Of a DNA stretch of 64,000 nucleotides, positions 38,983-53,090 are shown piece by piece. The translations under genes were made by a program, and so were the position numbers. The stretch's first letter is position 1. Every line of letters begins with the position of its first letter. Source of the stretch: the human T2T-CHM13v2.0 reference genome, Homo sapiens; assembly GCF_009914755.1 (NCBI RefSeq), contig NC_060925.1; one strand, 5' to 3'. A model generated the notes under the pieces. That model did not search any database and was not told the DNA's origin. It saw nothing but the letters and a program-made list of their open reading frames with translations.

Positions 38983-41561
38983 TTAAGCTGAAGGAAGATT
39001 TTGTGGTAAGGGGTGATATTGTGGGGTTGTTAGAAGAAATATTTGTTGTGTAGAATTATTGGTGATGGCCTGGATATGGTTTTGTATGAATTGAAAAACT
39101 AAATGGAATAACAGAAGGAGAAAAACAGGTATAAAAGGTCTAAGAATTGGGAGGACCCAGGACATCAGATTAGAGAGTGCCTAAGGAGATTCAGCATAGT
39201 CCTGCCAGCAAAGATTATTTATTTACTTCAAGAGTTAAGAGTGGCAGTTTGGGGATAGCACCAGGAGATATCAGCTGTGATGGCTTGGAGAAACACTGTA
39301 AACTGGCAGTGTAAACAAGAGCAGGGCATGTATGAGTAGTTGAGAACGGTGAATAGGAGTATGACTAGACAGAAGATAGTAGGGATGACAAGTTTTTTGG
39401 GGGCACAGTCTAAGTTGGTCTGGCGTCTGGAATGAGACTGGGGCCTAATAAAAAGGACCGTCTGTACAGGAGCTCAAATGGGCTGTACGCTGTAGCATTC
39501 TGAGGACAGGTCTGACTTCTGAGAAGGGAAAGTGGTAAAAGTATCATCCAGTCCTTTTTAAGTTGGTGGCTGAGCTTGGTGAGGTGTGTTTTTAAAAGAC
39601 CTTTAGTCCATTCTACTTTTCCTGAAGGCAGAGGACTGTAAGGGATATAAAGCTTTCACTGAATACTAAGAGCCTGAAAAACTGCTTGGCTGATTTGACT
39701 AATAAAGGCTGATCTGTTATCAGACTGTATAGACATGGGAAGGCTAAACTGAGGAATTGTGTCTGACAGAAGGGAAGAAATGACTATGGTGGCCTTCTCA
39801 GACCCTGTAGGAAAGGCCTCTACCTATCCAGTGAAATTGTCTACCTAGACTAAGCGGTATTTTAGTTATCTGACATGGGGAATGTTGAGTAAAGCTAATT
39901 TGCCAGTCCTGGGTTGGGGTAAATCCTCGAGCTTGATGTGTAGGGAAGGGAGGAGGCCTGAATAATCCCTGAGGAGTAGTAGAATAGCAGATGGAACACT
40001 GAGAAGTTATTTCCTTGAGGATAGATTTCCACGATGGAAAGAATATGAGAGGTTCTAAGAGGCGGGCTAGTGGCTTGTACTATAGCATAGCCTGCCTTTG
40101 GTGGTGTGTGGCGATTAGGCCTGGTGGAACTGCCATCAATAAATCAAGCGTGATCAGGGTGAGGAACAGGAAAGAAGGAAACATGGGGAAATGAGGTGGA
40201 TCAGAGAGATACAGTCATGGGGGTCATGTGTGGTATCAGGAATAATGTGGGAGGCCAGATTGAAGTCCGGGCCAGGAACAATGGTAATTGTCGGACTTAA
40301 AGAGTGAGTACAGCTGAAGGAGCCGGGAGCAGAAAGTATATGCATCAGGTATGAGGAAGAAAATAGATTTTGGAAGTTATGAGAAATGTAGAGAGTGTGT
40401 TGAGCATAGTTTGTGATTTTTAGGGCCTCTAAAAGTATTAAAGCAGTGGCAGCCACTGCATGCAGACATGAGGGCTAGGCTAAAACAGTAAGGTCAAGTT
40501 GTTTGGACAGAAAGGCTACAGGGTGCGGTCCTGGCTCTTGTATAAGAATTCTGACCGCACTAACCATGCCTAGGAAGGAAAGGAGTTGTTGTTTTGTAAG
40601 GGATTGAGGTTTAGGGATTAATCAGACACGATCAGTAGGGAGAGCACATGTGTTTTTATGAGAATTATGCCGAGATAGGTAACAGATGAGGAAGAAATTT
40701 GGGCTTGACTGAAGTAATGGGGGCTGCCTGTGAAGCTTTGCGGCAGTACAGCCTAGGTAATTTGCTGAGCTTGATGGGTGTCAGGGTCAGTCCAGGTGAA
40801 AGCAAAGAAAGGCTGGGATGAAGGGTGCAAAGGAATAGTAAAGAAAGCAGGTTTGAGATCTGGAACAGAATAATGGATTGTGGAGGGAGGTATTGAGGAT
40901 AGGAGAGTATATGGGTTTGGCACCATGGGGTGGATAGGCAAAACAATTTGGTTGATAAGTCATAGATCCTGAACTAACTTGTAAGGCTTGTCTGGTTTTA
41001 GACAGATAAAATGGGGGAATTGTAAGGAGAGTTTATAGGCTTTAAAAGGCCATGCTGTAGCAGGTGAGTGATAACAGGCTTTAACCCTTTCAAAGCATGC
41101 TGTGGGATGGGATATTGGCATTAATCGGGGTAAAGGTGGTTAGGTTTTAATGAGATGGTAAGGAGTGTGTGATCAGTCGCCAAGGAGGGAGTAGAGGTAT
41201 CTTATACTTGTGGGTTAAGGTGGGGGGATACAAGAGGAGGACTCAAAGGAGGCTTTGGATTGGGAAGAAGGGCGGCAGTAAGATGTAGCTGTAATCCAGG
41301 AATAGTCAGGGAAGCAGATAATTTAGTTAAAGTGTCTCTGCCTAATAAGGGAACTGGGCAGGTGGGGATAACTAAAAAGGAGTGCTTAAAAGAGTATTGT
41401 CTAAGTTGGCACCAGAGTTGGGAAGTTTTAAGAGGTTTAGAAGCCTGGCCGTCAATACCCACAACAGTTATAGAGGCGAGGGAAACAGGCCTTTGAAAAG
41501 AAGGTAATGTGGAGTGGGTAGCCTCCATATTGATTAAGAAGAGGACGGACTTACTTTCCAC
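38983..41561 (-). pseudogene. HERV-H pro/pol/env remnants
   Basis: Protease FLINMEATHSTLP (D-T-G motif lost)...PVPLLGRD; RT HYSVPDLKPAFFTIPLHPSSQPFFAFTW; env TM tail SWVLPILRPFIPVFLLLLF. All are fragmented. Confidence 0.85.
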
Positions 41562-42954
41562 TGTGAGAGTTACTCAAAGCTCGGCGTCCATGATGGTCTA
41601 CGGGGCTTCCGAGGCAATCGGACAGAGTCAGTCTTCAGCCGCTAAGCTAAGAAGATCTGGGAAGGAGTCAGTCAGAGAGCCTTGGGCCAGAGTTCCAGGG
41701 GCTCTGGGAGTGGCTGCCAGGTGAGTTGAACAGTCTGATTTTCAGTGGGGTCTCACACAGATGGGATACGGCTTAGGAGGAATCCTGGGCTGTGGGCGTT
41801 CCTCGGCCCAGTGGCCAGATTTCCAGCACTTGTAGCAAGCTCCTGGGGGAGGAGGTTCTGGAGGAACCCCTGGCAGCTGCGGTTCAGGCCTTTGGAGTTC
41901 TTGTGTGCTGGAGATGTGGCTGGGGTTTGTCTCACAGTGGAGGCAAGGAATTGCAACTCAGAAATACATTGCTACTTGGCTGCCTCTACTCTATTATTGT
42001 ACACCTTGAAGTTGAGGTTAATTAAGTCCTGTTGTGGGGTTTGAGGGCCAGAATTTAATTTTTGGAGTTTTATTTAATGTCAGGAGCAGATTGGGTAATA
42101 AAACGTATATTGAGAATAAGATGGCCTTTTGACCTTTTAGGGTCTAGGGCTGTAAAGAGTCTCAGGGTTGCTGCCGAACGAGCCATGAACTGGGCTGGGT
42201 TTTTCATATTTGATGAAACAGCCTAAACGCTACTGATTTGGGAGAGGTCAGATAAAGAAAAAGGAGCATTAACCTTGACTATGCCTTTAGCTTCAGCCAC
42301 CTTTTTAAGAGGAAATTGCTGGGCAGGTTGGGGAGGGCTAGTCACGGAATGAAACTGTAAACCGGACTGGGTGTGAGGAGGGGAGTTGATAAAAAGATTA
42401 TAGGTTGGAGGAGCGGAGCCTGAGGAAGAATTCGGACCTAGCTCGGCCTGGCGAGGAAGGGAGAGGTCAGATGGGTCTGTAGAAAAGGTAGATTAGAAAG
42501 ACTCAGTGACACTTGGGGTTGGGACTGAGGGGACAGGTGGGAGGGAAACAAGGAAGATTTGGGATGAGTTGCATTGGGAACAGAGACTAGGGAGGGACTG
42601 ATGTGTAAAAGAATGCCTGGACATCAGGCACCTCAGACCGTTTGCCTATTTTATGACAAAAATTATTTAGAACTTGTAGGGTGGAAAAATTGAAAGTGCC
42701 ATTTTCTGGCTATTTGGAACTACTGTCGAGTTTGTATTGGGGTCAAGCGGCATTGCAGAAGAAAATAAGATGGTTAAATTTTAGGTCAGGTGAGAGTTGA
42801 AGAGGTTTTAAGTTCTTAAGAACACAGGCTAAGGGAGAAGAAGGAGGAATGGAAGGTGAAAGCTTGCCCATAGTGAAGGAGGCAAGCCCAGAGAAAAGAC
42901 AGTAGAGACACAGAGAAGGGGTGGGGGTTTCTTGCCCTCCAGAAAAGCAGAGAA

Positions 42955-43090
42955 GGGGTCGGGGTGTGGAAATAAGGGGTTGGGGCACAGAGATAAGAGG
43001 TCAGGGCATGGAAATAAGGGATCGGGGCACAGAGATAAGAGGTCGGGGCACAGAAATAACGGATGGGGGCACAGAGACAAGAGGTTGGGG
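42955..43090. repeat. HERV-H leader minisatellite (about 21-bp alternating units)
   Basis: Repeated ggggcacagagataagaggtc and ggg..tggaaataaggg units. Confidence 0.8.
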
Positions 43091-43574
43091 TTCCTGCCCC
43101 TCCCCCAGAAAAGCGGGACTTGCCGCTAAGGGTGAAGGACCAAGGCAGGCGTCCCTGCGTGGTCTGACACCACTGAAACCTGGGTGAATAATCAGAGAGG
43201 CATCCTTGCAATGATTAAACACCAAGGGAAGGCTGCCTTCCCTAGTCCGTGACTGGTGCCGGAGTTTTGGGTCCACAGATAAAAGTGTCTCCTTTGTCTC
43301 TACCAGAAAATGAAAGGAATTGAAATTAAGAGAAGGGAGAGATTGAAGTGTGGCGCCAAGATTGAAAGAAGAAAGACGTTGAGGGATAGTGAGAGAGGTT
43401 GGAGAAGAGAGTAAAAAAGGCTGCTTATTGGATTTAAAATTGGTGAGATGTTCCTTGGGCTGGTTGGTCGGAGGACCAGAGGTTGTAGGTGGATCTTTCT
43501 CATGGAGCAAAATGCAGGAGGACAGGGGATTGATCTCCCAAGGGAGGTCCCCCGATCCAAGTCACGGCACCAAA

Positions 43575-43996
43575 TTTCACTCGTGTCTGTGTGAAGAGAC
43601 CACCAAACAGGCTTTGTGTGAGCAATACAGCTGTTTATTTCACCTGGGTGCAGGTGGGCTGAGTCTGAAAAGAGAGTCAGCGAAGGGAGATAAGGGTGGG
43701 GCTGTTTTATAGGATTTGGGTAGATAAAGGAAAATTACAGTCAAAGGGGGGTTGTTCTCTGGTGGGCAGAGTGGAGGTCACAAGGTGCTCAGTAGGGGAG
43801 ATTTTGAGCCAGGATGAGCCAGGAGAAGGAATTTCACAAGACAATGTCATCAGTTAAGGCAGGAACAGGCCATTTTCACTTCTTTTGTGGTGGAATGTCA
43901 TCAGTTAAGGCAGGAATCGGCCATCTGGATGTGTACGTGCAGGTCACAGGGGATATGAGGGATATGATGGCTTAGATTGGGCTCAGAGGCCTGACA
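43575..43996 (-). mobile_element. HERV-H 5' LTR (LTR7, type I repeats)
   Basis: TATAAAA (43711-43705), duplicated GTTCCTGCCTTAACTGATGACA block, ACAAAAGAAG, and a private 9-bp duplication gggatatga. Confidence 0.93.
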
Positions 43997-45754
43997 TTAT
44001 CATTCATAATAACCAGAACTTTATATTCTTAACTACAATTATTAAAGATTTTATAGGTTACAATACACTGGGATATACCTTTCTCAAAGAAACATTTAAT
44101 GTTATCCCAGAATTAAAATATACTTTTGCAAAATAAAATGTTTATCAAGTCTGCCAAAAAGAGAGCCAATTATTTGGGTTTCTCTCTAGGATTTTAATAA
44201 ATTCCTTTGATACCTAGTCAAAGCAGTTGAGCATCCTCACATTGAACAAAATGAAAGCAAGGAAGCGATCAATCTCATTTGAAAAGTGAACAAACATAAA
44301 AATCATTATCTTTTAAAATTTTTCATTTTTACATGTTGCAAAGAAGAATAACCTTTCTTATGTTTCTTGCATGTTTCTTATTTCCTCAGTAATTAAAAAA
44401 TCATATTTAGATACATTTATTACTAGTGAATGCTTTTTCATAGTTTTAATCACATTGATTTGTTGAGAATTATCAGAAAACATAATTATTCAGATAAGGA
44501 ATTGTGAACAGTCTTATGGATTAATACGTTCTCAGAACATCAGTGTTTTAGCAAATAAGATATTATTTACAGTGAGCACATTGTTAGCCTCACTAGATGT
44601 CAGTGTAGTTCTAAGTAAATATTTTATATAGTTCCTCAGTAGTGTTGAATGAGAAGATGTTTTGCTTTAGAACTTAAAGATTGAGAAGATGGAATAGTTG
44701 CAATAAGTGTTTGTGGTACATTAATTCCAACATCCTCCTCTGATGAAAACACATAATTGGTAAATTTATACACATCAACACAGGGCCAAAAAATAGTCCA
44801 AGGATGTAAATAATTATGGATTCATAGGATACATTGTGCTTCCTTAGTCACCAATGTATTTTCCGTACATTGAAAAGTCTTACTGTACATCACAACATGC
44901 TGGTCAGCCTTTTAGGGCTTTTCCCAATTGCAAAGGGAGCATGGTTACTCCTCCTGCCATGAGAGGGCAGCACTGAGATTGTCTCCAGCCCAGGAAGCAG
45001 TGGGCACTGTTTAGTATGGGTTAGCACCTAGGTTTTTATGTGGAAGCATTCAAGTCAGGCTGTGGTGATATATGTTCTCAGAGTCTACCATAGTATCATT
45101 TTAGTGCTTTTATTACAAGTCATCAAACACTGTATCTGAGAAACATGAGGATAAATTATGGTACATTCAAAAACTGCTGATAAATAGCAAAGAAGAGAAC
45201 AGGGTACTTTGGGAATATAAGGCCTTTTGCGTGAGAAATGTTTTGTGCTAGCTATGAGTGAATTTTCTACAAGCAGAGAAGTTCCATTTGGTCCTCTGAA
45301 CTGGTTAACATTTTCTTGATTCTTTGCTTAGTGTAGCAAATAAAATTCTGTTTATTCTTTTTGAGAGTTCCCAAAATATCTTTATTGATTTGGATTTTGC
45401 TTTTTCACTTTATTTTATAGTTGATTTTAAGTTTTTCTTGAGTGTGTTCATCAGATAGCCATATAAAATGGAACAATGCATTTGTAATAACAAATATTAT
45501 ACATGATATTTTTTTGGCCAGCCCAGTTGCACAGTCAACTGAGAAAGTGGAAGTTATCACTCTCCTCTTAATTCCTTTTACATATTTTTCCTCTGGATGA
45601 GAAAATGTTACTTTCTCATATCCAGAAAAGTGTTATAAAATGATACATTGAGATCATCTGATTCCCTCTTTATTGTGATTGTTTCTTTAAAAGAAAAAAA
45701 AGCAGAAAGGGGCCATGAACTTACAAAGAAAGTTTTAAAGAATACACCAAAAAT

Positions 45755-47685
45755 TGTTAAAACAATAAATGAGTTCATCAAGGCTGCAGGGCACAAGATC
45801 AATACACAAAAATTAATTATATTTTTATATACTTGAAATAAATGATCTGAAAATGAAGGAAACAATTCTGTTTACAATAGCATCTAAAAGAATAAAATAT
45901 TTAAGAATAACTATAACAAAAGAAGTGTAAAACTAATACTCTGAGAACTATAAAACATTACTGAAATAAATTACAGAAGATCTACATAAGTAGAAAAACA
46001 GCCCATGTTCATGGACAAGAAGATTTTAATCTTGTTAAGATAATAGTGCTCCTCAAATAGATCTAAAGATTCAGTACAATCTCTGTTGCAACTGGGATTC
46101 TCTAGGCCAGTTGACTTCTTTGTACAAATTGATGAGCTGATCCCAAAATTCATATGGAATTGCAGGGGACTCAGAATAGCCAAAACAATCTTTAAAAAGA
46201 AGAATAAGTTGAAGGCCTTTCAAATTTCATAACTTCCCAATTTCAAAACTTACAATAAAGTGACGATAATCAAACATATGTTACTAACATAGGGATAAAC
46301 ATATAGATTAGTGGGATAGAATTGAGAGTCTACAAATAAATCTATATGTCTTTGGTCACCCGAATTTAACAAGGGCACCATGGTTATTCAATAAAGAATA
46401 TTTTTTAAACAAATGGTGCTAGGATGATTGTATATCCACATGTAAAACAATGAAATTGGGCCCTTACCTCACACAATATAGAAAAATTAACTCAAAGCAG
46501 ATCAAAGATGTAAATCTAAGATGTATGTACATATAAATCTATTAAACTCCTAGAAGAAAACTCAGGGATAAATCTGCAGGACCTCAGATTTGCCAACGAA
46601 TTCTTAGGTGTAATTCCCAAAACATGAGCAACAACAACAACAAAAAATTGGTTTTCACCAAAATTAAAATTTTCTGTGCTTCAAAGGATGCTATCAAGAA
46701 GTAAAAAAACAACCCATGGAATAAGAGAAAATATTTTCAAATTATATATCCCCTTTGGAACTTGTATCCAGAATATGTAAAGACCCATACAACTCAATAA
46801 TAAAACAAATTAACCCAATTTTAAAATGGGCAAAGAATCTCAATAGACGTATCTCCATAGAAGGCATACAAATAGACAAAGCACACGGAAAGATTCTCAA
46901 CATCATTAGCCATCAAAGAAATGCAAATCAAAATCACAAGGAAATAACTCTTCACACCCCGTAGGATGGCTGTATTGAAAAAAATATAACAACAACTTTT
47001 GTCAAATGTGGAAAGAAATTAGATCTCTCATACATTGCTGGTGAAAATGTAAAATGATGCTGTCACTTTGGAAAATGGACTGGCAGTTCCTCAAATTGTG
47101 ACACATAGAGTTACATGTGTCCCAGCAGTTCTACTCCTAGGTATATGCCAATATAAATGAAAATATCTAGCTACAAAAAACTTGTACACAAATGCATTAT
47201 TCATAACAGCATTATTCATAACAATCATAAGGTAGAAACCTAAATGTCTGTTAACTGTTGAATAGATAAACAAAATGTGGCATAAAATATGGCGTATCCA
47301 TACAATTAAATGTTATTTGGCCATAAGAAGCAATGAAAATACAGCAGTTAGTGATAGATGCTACAATAAGAAGGAAACTTGAAACCATGAAACTATTAAG
47401 CTAAGTTAAATAAGACAGCCACAAAGGACCACATACTATATAATCCCATTTATATGAGATGTCCAGAATAAGCAAATCCATACAAACAGAAAGTAGATTA
47501 GTGATTGCTCAGGGCTGGGGGTGATGGGTGGGTAGGAGAGTGATAGCTAAAGGGCAGAAATGTTCTGAAATTGACTGTGGGGGTGGTTTCACATATCTCT
47601 GAGTAAATTAAAACCATCCAATTCCGTGAATTTAGTGGGTGAATTCACATAGCTGTGAATTTTATCTAAATTGTGAAAATAAAAC
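45755..47685 (+). mobile_element. Old L1M (L1MB-like) ORF2 3' half plus 3' UTR
   Basis: gcacaagatcaatacacaaaaatt; cccaaaattcatatggaattgc; aaatgggcaaagaatct.aatagac; aaatgcaaatcaaaa; agtagattagtgattgc. Confidence 0.85.
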
Positions 47686-47959
47686 AGGAATGTGATGCTT
47701 TAACCAGCATAGGCCCAGGCCGCATGCTTCTGGGGAAGAAATTCCACCTGAATACTTGGGCTGTAAATAGGTCATTTTCATGGGAAAAGGATGAATAGAT
47801 GCCAGATGGTAAGAAGGGTGAAAGTCTACTACACATGTCTGCGAGGTCGGTAAGGGATCTGGTCTTTGCAAAGGAAGGTTATATTAGAGCTCAGTTGAGA
47901 AGAGAAAGGGAAAGGGACTCAAATTCATGCTTAAGGGTGCTGTGACAGGTATCCATACC

Positions 47960-48735
<776 letters not shown>

Positions 48736-50349
48736 AGAAACTAAATACCCTTGTTGTTGTTTACTTTCCCTAAAGATAGAGAGCACATCGTGTTTATTTC
48801 TAATGCTTATTCAAAGGGGTAGAGACTCTGAGAAAGGATGAGGTGGCGGGATAACTACTTACAAGAGTCACAGTTACGGGGCTATTATTTCCTGGGCATG
48901 GAAAGAGTAGATCCCTTCCAGCCTAGCCATTTCATTCTTATTGTCTTGGAAGCAAACTGTCCAGCTGTTCTTCTTAACGTCAGGTTAACAATGATTGTGG
49001 TCATTCCCTGCTGCATGGGTCAGGCTGTGAGACACCCTCCCCTTAAATTTACATAGAGACAGAAGGTATAGACAGGTGCAAATGGGAAGGGAACAGCGTA
49101 TTTCTCCACTGTGTGCTTATGTCCAAATTGGAAACCAGCCTTATTCTTGCTCACTAATTATTAAGGAAAATAATTTTTAACTATCAGGACACTGTTCTTC
49201 AAATGGTGATTGGGTGAAGGAGATTTTCTTTGAGTTCTGTGAAATACTAAAAATTCTATGTGTTGATAATGACTAAAAATATATTTTCCACTTGTAAAGA
49301 CAAAACTTCTGTATTGCAAAGTTATTTTAATAGAATAAAATCTTAGTTTCTTGAGTCAGTCTTTTGCAAATAGGGTTCCATGTATAAACTATCAAGAAAA
49401 TATTTCCAATAAATGCACTGGGGTAGGTTTAGATTTATTTGACATATACAGGAATATTTGAGGGAAGGGAGCAATAAATTCATCTCTTTAATTTGCTGCA
49501 GGCTTTCCTTAGAGGGAGCGCTTTTTTAGCTGGTGTTAAGATGGAGAAAGGTGCCTTCTATCGTGCTGTTGCTGAATTCCCTGCTCCAGAAACATGCAGA
49601 ACATTAGCATGACCCAACTGCTTGAAAGCAAACAAGATGCTCTTGTCTTAAAAAGCATCATTTCGGAGGAAGAAAAGCCATAATGAACCCTCCCTTTTTC
49701 TTTTTCTTAACTGAGGAGTAGCAAATGGTATTTAAGCTGTTATCTGGCAACAAAAGTTTCAAGTAATGTTTTTTAAAAAAGCCTGCCAACACTTCTTTCT
49801 GCTGGGCACTGATATAGCTGAGTTAAAGGCCCTTTCGAGATGGAGAATATGACAAGAAAAGTTGCACACCCCTAACCAAAGTGGGCTTTCCAAGAGCTAG
49901 AATAAAGCCACTTCATTAAGGTTTCTCACACTGGTGTTTTTTGGCAGCATTTTTCAAGGATCATTTCCTCCATGGGGGAAATGAAGTGGCAGTGTCTTTC
50001 CTAACTATTGCTAAAGGTGAAGTAAGAATTTGAATTGAGAAAGGCAGTTAAAATAGTATCTGAACTTTTGAACTTCCTGATCAGATAATTATTCTTGAAA
50101 CTCTGTATAAGATGGAAAAGAGAATTAATGCCTCTTAAAGTGTTTAATTTTAGAGGACTATCATTATTAAATAGTACTCCTTCTATAATTTTTTGATTGT
50201 TGAGTACAGGCATGACAAGAATTTATAAAGATACTTCTGATTGATAACATAGGGTATAAACAGAAAGTTCTCTTAAATAGGAAGGTGTATATGTTTGGAA
50301 ATTGGACTTGTCTCTTTTGCTTAGACGTGTGTATAAATTAATGCAAGAT

Positions 50350-50900
50350 ATTTGTCTATATCTCAACTCCGGGTCTCCCTCCTGCATATCCAACTACTTA
50401 CTAGACACATTCCCTTGAATGCCCCGTAGATACTTTATTTTAACATATTCAAAATAAAACTCATCATCTCAGCCTTCTCCTGCTCACCCACCTTGGCCCT
50501 TTACTACTGTTTCCTCATTCTTTTTTCTATTAATCATCGTTAAGCCAGTTTCCAAAATCAGGCATCTAGGTATCAACCTTGGATTCTGCCATCACTGATG
50601 CCACATACCCTAATAGGCCACTTCTGGTAAATTTCCTAAATCCACTCACTTTCAGCAACCCACTATTGCCCATCTACAGGGGACCACTATCATTCTACCA
50701 CTTGACTCTTTCAACATTCTGCTAACAAGCCTTCTTGTAGCCCTTCACTCTTTTGCCTCCTTCAAGCCATCACCACGAGAGGGATCCAAGACTCAACTCT
50801 CCTTTTTTTTCATTTCTATACCAAAACCATTCTTTGGGTTTCTGTTCTTAGGATGAACTCCTCAACATGGTGTGTAAGATTCTATATACTCTGATCTTGA
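50350..50900 (+). mobile_element. L2 fragment
   Basis: catatccaactacttactagaca...ttaacatattcaaaataaaactcatcatct, typical L2 3' region. Confidence 0.5.
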
Positions 50901-51760
50901 CCCTGCTTACTACTCTCGCTGATGTGAAGCCTCCTGTTCCTATTATCTCTGAGAACACCCAACCCTGCTTGGTGGCAGCAAGGGACAGAAAAAGCACTTG
51001 AGGCAGCAGGCTGTCAGATTTGCTAATAGTGCAACCCAACTCATAAAAACCACCAAGTCCAAGACAAGGCCTCTTTTTGTGAAGTAACAATAACAAGTAG
51101 AACAGACATTTAGTCAGTTTTCACTGGCTGTAACTGTACTAGTGAGAGAAAGCCCTGCTCCACAGTTTCTTGCATCACTACACTCTGGGAAGCCCCAGTA
51201 CTTTACCATGCAAGTGTAGCCCCACATCATCTCACTCTTTGCCGTGAGTTTAAATTCCTCCAACTCTATCCAAGGGTCCACGTTCCCCTATCCCTGGATG
51301 CCATGTGTTTCATTGACATGAGTTTTCCTCCTATTAAGCATGGAGGGGTCTTATAAGTGGCGCTGTGAGGACAGATGCTTGCACTTTGTCTTGACCTCTG
51401 CTTCAGCAAGTGTATTGTAGCTACATCCTTAGCTCACTTTGGTTTTAGTCTCAAGATCATCCCAGTCCCCTCCTCTATATTTGGTTCATGGTTTCATATA
51501 CTGTTAACCAGGAATGCTAAAAATATTAATTTGGTGCATTATATTTATGCGAACACTTGAGATGTTTCAAGCATGCAGGACCACCTGCAGAATCTCTGGA
51601 AGGGTTTATTTCCTATGCACACAATTAGCCCAACATCTTTTTAATACAATAGATTTTTTTATGATACTATTTGTTACTTACCTTTTACCATTTTCCTTAT
51701 CCCACCTATGGCTCCAAGCAGACTAAATTTCTCTCAGGTTCTTATTTTTGTTGTGCTCTC

Positions 51761-52130
51761 TGTCTTAGTATTTTCAGGCTGCTATAACAAAATATACCAT
51801 GAACTGAGTGGCTTATAAACAATAGAAATGTATGTCTCACAGTTCTGGAGGCTGGGAAGTCCAAGATCAAGGCAGTGGCAGATTTGATGTCAGGTGAAGA
51901 CCTGTTTCCTGGTTCATGGATGGGGGCTTCTCACTATGTCCTCACATAGTGGAAGGGGCAAAGCAGCTCTCTGGAGCCTCTTTCATTCATAAGGGTACTA
52001 ATCCCATTCACGAGGACTCTGCCATTACAACCCAATCACCTCCCAAAGGCCTCACCTCATAACCTTATCACATGGGTGATTAGGTTTCAATATGTGGATC
52101 TGAGGGGGACAAAACATTCAGATCACAGCA
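51761..52130 (-). mobile_element. MaLR solo LTR (MLT1A-like)
   Basis: tgtcttagt...gctgctataacaaaata...ctcacagttctggaggctgggaagtccaagatcaagg...acattcagatcacagca; about 370 bp. Confidence 0.85.
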
Positions 52131-52879
52131 GTTTCTTTCAAGACTTTTACACACAGGTTGCCTCCAGATCACAAGGCTCTTACCCCTCTTTTGTTCTTGG
52201 CTACTTTATAACATCCACTTAGACCTCACTTCCTTCAGGACACCTAGGTTAGACCTTTGCCTGTGTGCTTCCCTAGCACCTTCCACTCCCTTCACATAGC
52301 ACCTAACACACTCTGTTGGGTTTCTCTGAGGTATGTAAGCTCTGTAACCGCAGGGTTCCTGTCTTTCTTGTTCATCCTTGCATCTTCAAAGCCTGCCGCA
52401 TTACCTGGCCCAGAGCAAGTACTTAATGATCATTTGTTAATGAATGAATAAATAGATTTTTCCATTAATCATCTAATCAGTGAATTTACAATTCTATGCA
52501 ATTCTTTGATGCTCTAAGAAATTGAAGTTTTATTTTCTGAAGTTATATATTAGTTTTATTTCCTAAGGAATTTGATTTATCCTTACTTTAAATCATAACT
52601 ACCCAGTGGTTATTATAGCTATGCTGCCATATGGTAAAACACATGAAGCATCTAATATTGCCTTAAGAAAGCTGTTTCACAGTAAAAACTCTTCAGGCCC
52701 TTCTCTCGGCACTTTTCATTTTATGTTGAAATTATTGGTGTTTGTATCTCTCTTACCTGTAAGACATTAGGTGCCTCAAAGGCAGTGACCATGTGTTATT
52801 CAACTTTGTATCCTCACAACCTTGTATCTAGTGCAGTGTTGGAAGTCAGTAAATGTTTATATAAATGCTTAAGATAGGC

Positions 52880-53090
52880 CAGAATCCACATCTTGGCTCA
52901 AAAACTGTATAACTGCCAACACCCATCTCTGTACTTACACTCCCAAAGCCTCAGTTTCTACATCTGTAAAAATGGGGATTCTGCTGTTTAAAGGATCATC
53001 TTGCAGGGTTGTTATGAAGTATTACATAAAATATAATGTAAATAAGGAACTCAGCATAGTGACTGAAATATAGGAATTATGAATAAGCTA
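52880..53090 (+). mobile_element. MIR SINE
   Basis: aagcctcagtttctacatctgtaaaaatgggga...cagggttgttatgaagtatta. Confidence 0.6.

Larger units (their letters stand above)
38411..43996 (-). mobile_element. HERV-H provirus, common deleted form (about 5.6 kb), LTR7 LTRs
   Basis: Both LTRs start TGTCAGGCCTCTGAGCCC and end GTGAAA on the minus strand. tRNA-His PBS TGGTGCCGTGACTTGGAT at 43572-43555, PPT AAGAAGACAGGAA next to the 3' LTR, and pro/RT/env remnants. Confidence 0.95.

Noticed and set aside
42955-43090. Repeat array superficially resembling a CRISPR array
   Set aside because: Degenerate tandem units without unique spacers, inside the HERV-H leader of a primate genome.
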